A stretch of DNA of 64,000 nucleotides from Amoebidium appalachense (Eukaryota; Protista; Ichthyosporea). The notes below the pieces were generated by a model that worked only from the letters and a program-made list of their open reading frames with translations, did not search any database and was not told the origin of the DNA. This document shows positions 45,081 through 64,000 of the stretch, piece after piece. The number at the start of each line of letters is the position of its first letter. Position 1 is the stretch's first letter. Made by a program: the position numbers and the translations under genes. The stretch is taken from NCBI GenBank assembly GCA_963693365.1, contig CAVNZM010000001.1:7704907-7768906 (forward strand). The letters are read 5' to 3'.

Positions 45081-45652
45081 ATATGCCCCTAGTGTCTGAC
45101 CCGAATCGGATGTTCACGTGGACTCGAGCCGGTTCGATTCGAAAGGCAGGTGGTGTTGCGTGGTGTGCGAATGGTATTGTATGAAACAACGGGCTGCTAG
45201 GGAGATGCAAATCGCTGCTCTAGGGGATTAGGGAGGTGGGATCCTGGAGTTAATTTTTCTGTGTGTTCGCTTAAAAGTATATTCGGCACTACAGTAGGTT
45301 TCCTATTGATTTTAATTGATCAAATTCCGAATTGCAGTGTTCACTTTTGGGGGTTTCAGGTAGGGTGTGTAGTAGAGGGACAAGTAGCTTTCGGTTGTCA
45401 GTGATTTTGTTTTTTCTTCTTTGTACTGTCACAGTGTATGTATGTGTTTCTGTTTTTCTTTTTTTCAACACATGGTTCTTTTTTTTTCTTTATTCGATGG
45501 TTAGCTTGTGTGTTGTGGTGGTTGCGGTAGAGGAAGACGGACTTTGTGTGTGTGTGTTTGTGCGTGTGCGTGGGTGGGTGGGTGGGTGGGTGGGTGGGTG
45601 GGTGGGTGGGTGGGTGGGTGGAGTTTTTTTTTTTCTTTCTTTTTTTTTTTTT

Positions 45653-45707
<55 letters not shown>

Positions 45708-46267
45708 TTGCGCACACCATAGGGATCGATCGGCAAACACAAGGGTGCCCTCAACGATAACGTTTGGCTTTCTTGAATTCAGCTGCACGGTTACAAAAGT
45801 TAGTGCCCCTGAAAGCAATTTAAGTTAATCTATCTAATATATCTAAATGAATTGTCTAGGCGAGGCATGCTGTAAGAAATAATTTGTTGCCTTACCTAGC
45901 ATAAAATTTCACGGTCACCTGGGTGTGACGCGTAAGCGTGCCTTCTGCCCGTAATTGATTAAGAAACTGAGATTTGTTTAGATTTTGCACTCTGTATGAT
46001 TTGTTTTGTTTCGATATTTGCCACCATGTCACGAAAACCATCATGTAGTAGTTGTGGCTAAAACAGTATCAATAAATAAATCAGTGGTACAAGATCCACA
46101 ATGTGTGTGTGGCAAATTAGTATGATTTCGCTTCTTCTTCTTTCTTCTTTCTTCTTCTCCTTTTTTTTTTTTTTTTTTTTTTGGGGGGGGGGGGGGGGGG
46201 ATATTTGAGCACCCAAATTCGAGCAGGTGCATAATCGCACCCGCGCACACACGCGCGCGCGCGCTCA

Positions 46268-46338
<71 letters not shown>

Positions 46339-46534
46339 CTACTACACACAGACAGACATGCACACGTACGAACGTGGCAAACACACGCACACTGTCAGAG
46401 AAGCGACACGAGTGTGCACACAACCACACGTACATATACACTGCGCACACGTTTATCATCCTATCATCACACACATACACACTAAAAAACACGCGCACAC
46501 ATGTACAAGCGCGCACATGGACACATGCACGCAC

Positions 46535-46566
<32 letters not shown>

Positions 46567-46571
46567 GCACA

Positions 46572-46613
<42 letters not shown>

Positions 46614-47709
46614 TATTGAATAGATGAGCACATTCGCACATACATGTACATGATGTTCATAGATTTAAACCATATTCCTAATTCTTTTTATTGTTTTATA
46701 AAAACATATTCGGAGTTCTTGATGAAAATGATTCAATTCCCTCCGCCCGTGGCACACCTGGCATCCTGCCTGGGCCGGTACAGCACTCTCTCTTGTGTGA
46801 TAGCGCAATCAACGTACTTGCGCAAGCATTGGGTCATTTTAGCGCAAAATTTACACTGCACCAATCGTAGTCATCTTCATCTACCTTTCAATCGCTGATT
46901 GGCTGAATCTTGCACACGCGCCTCACACAGAGCGCGGCACACAGCCGCCTGTGTGCGCCGGCAAAACGGAGACCGGAACACACAGTCCGACCTTTCTCCT
47001 CTACCGAAACCTCTGGTGAAGGTGAGGAACGAAAACCAAGAATCCTGTTTCCATCCGATGAATCCGTATAGTATCCGACGTAGTTCGTAGAGTAGAGTCG
47101 ACGGGGACAGCGTATTATAGGCGGAGAACGTTGTGGAGGGATTATAGGGGTCAGTAGAGTACCGGATAGGATGGGATACGGCGGAAGAGGGTCCATCTGA
47201 TGTACACATCGGGAGATCGCCGTAATTTGATGCGACGTGTACGAGGTTGGAAGGGAGTGTTCCGAAACGAAAGGAATGTAACAGCAAAAGGAGAGTTTTT
47301 AGAGCAATATTCTTGCGGGTTAGCGCACCGGTAAACGTTCACTTGGGGAAGCATGTGCAGGTCGAAATCGAACGTCCAAACGCGCACCAAATATAATCAT
47401 ATTTGTTCCAGGCACACACTTATATGGGCCTTAATACGCTTGTACACACCGTACAATGCCACGTATATGCTCATGTAACATGAGGCTCTCCGACTTTCTA
47501 CGTACGGTGTGTCGTCGCTTCTGTACTGCAGGTTATTCCGGCGGCAACAGTCGAACCAGGCTAAGGATTTGCACGGCATATGTTATATTTTTTACCGTGG
47601 GAGAAAATAGGCGTATGGGTGGGCAGGTATAGAGGGGGAGGGCAGTCATCATGCAACGATCGGTACCACGTTTCGCTAAATGGCATCACCCTGCAGGAAA
47701 GCCGGCAAG

Positions 47710-50334
<2,625 letters not shown>

Positions 50335-51350
50335 ACGCTATGGCCTATTAAACGCATTAGAAAAAACGAAACTGTGCATGTGTGGTGATCTTGTGTGCTG
50401 GTGTGTGTTGCTCGAGGCTGTGATGCCGAGTACAAAATACCACTGCATGCTGATGGGATGGATGGCTGGGGAGGGGGGGAGCTGGAGAGGGGTACCAAAG
50501 CAAGCTGTGCGCTATATAGTTCATTTTGTGTTATACTTTGCTTTGGGGGTCCGGGGGCCTGTTGGATTATCGTATGAGCTGATACAGCAAGGAAAATGAA
50601 GGTGCTTTTTTCGTCTGCCCCGGGGGGGGGGGGGGGGGGGGGGGTCACGGAGTTGTGGAGTACATGTGTGGTTTGTTTTATGAGCAGCTTTGCCGTGGGG
50701 CCCGGGGTGGTGGGGGAGGATAATGCTCGCTAGCTGGGATCAAATTCTGCATTCCGAGTCTGTTTGGTGTTGCACGTGTGTGATGATGTGTGTGCCGAGT
50801 GCACACAACGTCCATGCATGCAGCCAACATCATCGAGCTCAGGCCAGTCCATGCATGTGTCCCTATCGCATCATGAACTCTACATATTAGATCTCCTGTA
50901 CGTGTGCGCCCCTTAGCCCATTGGTCTGCAATATCGGAGCACACAGAAGTTGAACGCAGGATATTTTGGGCTCCAAACAGCCAACACAATTTACCTGAGC
51001 CGGGTGGGAAATATACCAGCCGCGAGTGCCACACGGTGCAGACTCTTGAGAGCCCAAGCCTTCCAACTTCATGTAAGGTGCACTACATCTTGCGATTGGT
51101 GGGTTGTTGTTTTTGGCGGGAAAAACTGGGCGTTGACGGAAATCACTGCACGAAAATCCGTGTCACCCGGGTGCATAACACCAGCTTAGGTTTATGCACC
51201 TCCACTTGTCAACTTGTACACAAAAGTGGGATGCAGATGACATAAGGCCACATACATACACACGCTTTCTTGAAAGCGAGGCGAATATAACAACTACAGA
51301 TGCGCAGGTGATGGGCGCACATACTCTCGTACAACAATTGCAAGACCAAC

Positions 51351-55911
<4,561 letters not shown>

Positions 55912-56383
55912 ATGTGGCTCGTTCTTTAAAAGGTTAGAGAGGCGACTATGGATACTTCTTAAAGAAAAGGCAGGGTAAACGTTGGCGGTAGTTGTCATAG
56001 TGGATGTATTGTTTAAAGCACATGCTGTACATAACAGGTGCTCTGTTTTCCTAAATCCGATGATACGATCTGAGGCATAGGTTTCGAAAACCCCAACCGG
56101 CTTCCCAGGGTTTTACCAAACAGCCTGCTGTTAAAACTAGTACTGTTATTAAGGTTGGCAAGTGGATTTTATGCTGGCACTCCCCTGCTGAGCGGTAGGT
56201 TGCATTTACCTTCTGTAATTTTTTTTCTAAGATGAATGATCATAAAGTTTCTTTTTTCGGTGTATATATGGTGGCCCCGTAGCCCTGTTTCGCATGTGTG
56301 TGTGTGGAGGGGCAAGGCTATGTGCGTGCGTGTGTGCGTGTGTGTTTGTGTGACACCGTGTGTGTGTGTGTGTGTGTATGTGT

Positions 56384-56527
<144 letters not shown>

Positions 56528-56590
56528 TGGTGTGTGTGTGTGTGTGTGTTTGTGTGCGTATGTGTGTGTGTGTGCGTGTGTATATGTGTG

Positions 56591-56652
<62 letters not shown>

Positions 56653-57273
56653 TGTGTATGGTGTGTGTGTGTGTGTATGCGTATGGATCCGGACTCCCCC
56701 TCCCCCTCAACCCCCCCCCCCCCTCCCCCCCCCAAAAAATTGTTTTGTTTTTCCCACGAGTTTACATTAATTTGCGTGCCTCTGTTTGAGTGGTTGTTTG
56801 TGTGTGCGTGTGGGGGGGAGGGGGGGGGGGGGTCCCGCCTAAACGTTTTCCTCCCCGAGCCCCCCGAGCTCTCCCCCCCTCACCCTAGAGGCCTCCTTCC
56901 AGGCTCAGCCTGGTATACACACGTGCGCGCATGCCGGCATACACACACGCACATCATGCATGCATATATGCCATGGCCACGGGAGTGGAGGGATTCACCA
57001 TTGCCTGAGCAGGTGACCCCTACCTACCGGCGGGATCCGCCGAGGAGGTGGGGGAGGTGTACAGAAGGCCTAGGAAGGGACCACCAGAGGACTTAGCCTG
57101 TTGGCCAAATTGAATGTACGTATTATATGTGCACTATCAACTTCTCTTCTGTCTGTGTGTGTCTGTTTGCGTTTGTGAACACGTATGTGTTGTGCGCATG
57201 GGGCGCAGGTGTGCATGCAGAAAATCTGTAATCGAAAGTAGAAATATCAATGTTTTCATTCCCCCCCGGGAAA

Positions 57274-57307
<34 letters not shown>

Positions 57308-57414
57308 AGCTACGCGTCGGGAACCGACGGTTTACCCCCGCCATTTCCTCCACCACTCTCCCACATCTATAACAACGCCGCATGCACGTTTTTGTGCAGT
57401 AAAAAACCCCGAAA

Positions 57415-60672
<3,258 letters not shown>

Positions 60673-61061
60673 TTTTAAGATTGAAAGCTTATGTAAGTTT
60701 AAAAGTGGGATGCGGATTGGGCGGCAAATGAAGCTGCCTGTTAGTGGGTTAACTTTATAACACTGGGTTGTGTTTGGTTAGTGGATTTAGCTGCCTATCC
60801 ATCTAATGTATCCACTCTGATAGAAGCATTGCTCGTGCACGTGCTTGCTACAGTGGCTGCTGCTGCACAAGGGTTTTTGAAACGGTTTTTTATTATTTAT
60901 GTTTTCGTGGATGAGAAGGCTACCCATTGGATGAACATACATTCAATCAACCTCCTTCAATTTATGACAGAATATAACTTCAGCCAGCATCCGTGATGCA
61001 GGCAAGCTATAATTAGTAATCAGGGCTTGACTCACGGTTGACACACTGAGTGCCTCCCCCC

Positions 61062-61098
<37 letters not shown>

Positions 61099-61667
61099 GG
61101 CCCCCTCCCCCCCCGGCTCCCTTCATCCCCTCCCCCGCCCCCTCCCCTCCCCTCCCCACCTTCTCTATTGGTGCCAACAGTTTGCCAAGGGCCACAGGGT
61201 GGTCGGCATAACGTATAACGACGGAAACGACAGCCCGCAACCTCGGTTAATAAGTTTCGTTTGCACATGGGCGACCCAAAGTATCAGCTGCATCATTAGT
61301 ACACATGTCACACGTCACGTGTGACTGAATCCGGGCATTACATACATTTTCCCCGGGTACCGGTTGCTCTCTTCCCCACTGCAACCTTACGGAGCTTCTC
61401 GTACTCCCATGTAAACATCATGTGTGTGTGTACGTGTGCGTCCCCTCGTTTTTATACTCAGCCTGAGGGAATGACAAGCACATGCATAGCCGGCCCACAC
61501 TCGTGTTTACAGTACTGTACAGCAGCAAGGTGTCATGCAATGCTCGTTCGCCTGCACGTATATGTGGGTATCCCCCTCGCCCCTTCCCCCCCCCCCTTCC
61601 CCCCCCCCCCCCCCCTCCCCCTTCTCTCCCATTACCCTTTTTCCATCCCCAATCCCAGACACCCCCG

Positions 61668-61709
<42 letters not shown>

Positions 61710-61910
61710 AAACACCCCTGTATATGTGGCCCTTAAGATTTCCCATTTGCATTCAATAATCATTCCATTCAAGACTTGAACCTGCCCCCCCCCCCCCCCC
61801 CCCCCCCCGCCCCTCAAAAAAAAAAATTAAAAAAATTAAAAACTAGGTACAAAGCAACAATGCCATATATTAGGACTGACTCGTTTGCTGCAATGATCAC
61901 GGAAAAGGAA

Positions 61911-61949
<39 letters not shown>

Positions 61950-63728
61950 AAGAGCGAGAGAGAGAGGGAAAGTGGCGAGGGAGGAAGAGAGAATGAGAGG
62001 GAGAGAGAGAGAGATGGAGAGAGAGGGCAGGGGGAAGGGGAAGGAGGGAAGGAAAGAACCAGGGAGGGAGGGAGGGATTGAAGGAGGGAGAGCAGGGAGG
62101 GAGGGAGGGAGGAACTTCGGGAGGGGATTAAGCGGTGAGGGGGGAGGGGAGAGGGGGGGTTGGGGATGGGGGGGGGGGGGGAGGGGATGGCTAGCACAGG
62201 GTAAGAATGTCTATAGCTATAGCTAATAAGACAAACTCGTGATAAATGTGGGACATGGAATCTTGGATCGCTGAGTGGGTTGGCGGGTAGTTGTGGTGAT
62301 GATGGTGTGTGTATGCGTTCGTCTGTGTGTTTTTGAGTGTTTACACGGACGGCAGGATGTGGGGGCGGGGGGTGGAGGGGGGGGGGGGGGGGAAGGAGGG
62401 GGGGGGGGGGGGGAGAGGGGGGGGGGGAGGGAGGGGGGGGGGGGGGGGGTTGTGCCCGGATTATCTGCAATTCCACACCGGTTTAGTGTGCCCAGCAGAT
62501 GCTGGTGGTGGTGAATCATTTCTTCTATTTTTTTATATGGTTTTCCGTCCCGATGGGGAGAGATGGCAGGACTCGAAAGAGAAGGTGGTGGTTGGGGGAT
62601 GGGGTGATTGGGAGGGTGGGGGGCGGAGGAGGGGGGAGGGGGGTGGGCTCCAATTTTCGGTATGTACGCTATGTAGCCTAGTACCAAGTCCTACGGAAGA
62701 ATCTATTTCAAATAGATTTATTTGGAACCAACCTTCAGGGCTTTGTGTCTTTCGGTCCTGCAGGAGCAAAAAATAGCGAATGAATCATTCGGAACCAGCA
62801 AACAAAAAGAAAAGGGGGGGGGGGGGGGGGGGGGGGGGAGTAGGGAGGGGGGAGGGGGGGGGGGGGGGGGAGTGAAGAAGAGAATAAGACAACGGCGTTC
62901 CAATATGCAAGATTAAGGAGAAATAGGACAAAAAATCAAAATGGAATGGCAAAGAAATGAAACTTTAGTCGAATCTGCAGAATTCTGTTGAATAGAACCC
63001 CCCCCCCCCCCCCCCCCCCCGTGCTGGGTGGCCAATCTGTATAATCCTGTATAACCTGCCTTTAGTAAGGGGTAAATAGAGCAGCTTTTTCCTTCAACAT
63101 GTTTTGTGTGTGTGTGGTGGTTGGGGGGGGAGGGGGAGGGGGGGGGGGAGGGGAAGGGGGAGGGGGGGGGGGGGGGGGGGGGGAGGGGAGGGGAGGGAGG
63201 GGGGAGAGGGCGGGAGAGGGAGGGAGAGAGAGAGAGACTCCGAGGGGGAGAGAGAGAGACTCCGAGAGAGACGTGATAGAGAGGGGGGAGGGGGAGGGGG
63301 GGGGGAGAGAGAGGGAGAGAGAGAAAGAGAGAGAGAGAAATTGTGTGTGTGTGTTTGTATGTGTGTGTGTGTGTGTTGGTGTTGGCGTGAGGGTGTATAA
63401 AGTAGTGTGTAGCTGCTTATGTGTTTGCTCATCATGATCGATGCATCTCTCGTGCTAGCCCACGGGGCTTGATGATATGTGCAGCAATGTCTGAGTGCAT
63501 AATGTGCACGAACACCCACCAAGCACATTGCAATAAAGTACCACAAAAAAAGAAAACTAGCCACCACATACTTCGTATCAACACTGCGCTTGTTTATGTG
63601 CCAACCAACCAGCAGCGGCAGAAATGTTTATCAACACACAAACGTGTGTTTGCTCAACCACTGCAAGATGCATAGGTGGGCATGCAGACTCATGGCACCC
63701 CATACAGCAAGCTGCAGACGGTGTGAGT

Positions 63729-64000
63729 GAGTTTTGGCGGTTACACAACCAGCGGTGTGAGTGTTTATTCTTTTTTCGCTATATTTTTATTTGAGCGTTT
63801 TTAATGGTGCAATTTTTTGATTTTGAGTTTTGGTGGCTACACAACCAGGGGTGCGAGTGTTTTCGTTTTTTTGCTAAATTTTTACATGTGCGTTTTTATT
63901 GATGCAATTTTGAGTTTTGGTGGCTACACAAGCAGGGGTGTGAGTGTTTTCGTTTTCGCTAGATTTTTATTCGGGTGTTTTTATTGGTGCGATTTTGAGC
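63729..64000. repeat. Degenerate tandem repeat, ~85-97 bp unit, at least 3 copies, runs off the window end
   Basis: Recurrent gagttttggYggYtacacaaScagSggtgYgagtgttt...tgcRatttt. Confidence 0.9.

Noticed and set aside
46877-47287. 136-aa minus-strand ORF
   Set aside because: Non-ATG start, no recognisable motif, no splice support.
63729-64000. CRISPR-like array
   Set aside because: The sequences between cores are homologous to each other rather than unique spacers; eukaryotic context with no cas genes.

Overview
This is eukaryotic, intron-dense genomic DNA, probably from a protist. A euglenozoan or other trans-splicing lineage is plausible but not provable from this window. It is dominated by poly(C)/poly(G), (CA)n/(TG)n and (GCGT)n tracts, so almost all ORFs in the supplied track are low-complexity artefacts. 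Manual splicing (GT-AG, phases checked) recovers six genes, all on the + strand: (1) the 3' part of an uncharacterised gene; (2) a 24-exon, ~1139-aa C2-TM-Cache-TM-HAMP class III adenylyl cyclase with one GC-AG intron; (3) a LIM-domain TKL kinase of the LIMK/TESK type with one apparent 1-nt frameshift; (4) RPS14; (5) DNPH1/RCL, which the ORF track does not capture as an ORF; (6) a BT1 folate/biopterin transporter pseudogene. A decayed non-LTR RT fragment lies on the - strand. The most unusual signals are intronic: a ~130-140 bp sense-oriented repeat family ending at poly(C) tracts, often next to 3' splice sites; acceptors built directly on (CA)n microsatellites; (GT)n...(CA)n fold-back introns; and decayed tandem copies of acceptor regions. 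Homopolymer lengths and some indels may be sequencing or assembly error. All homology calls come from motif recognition; no searches were run.
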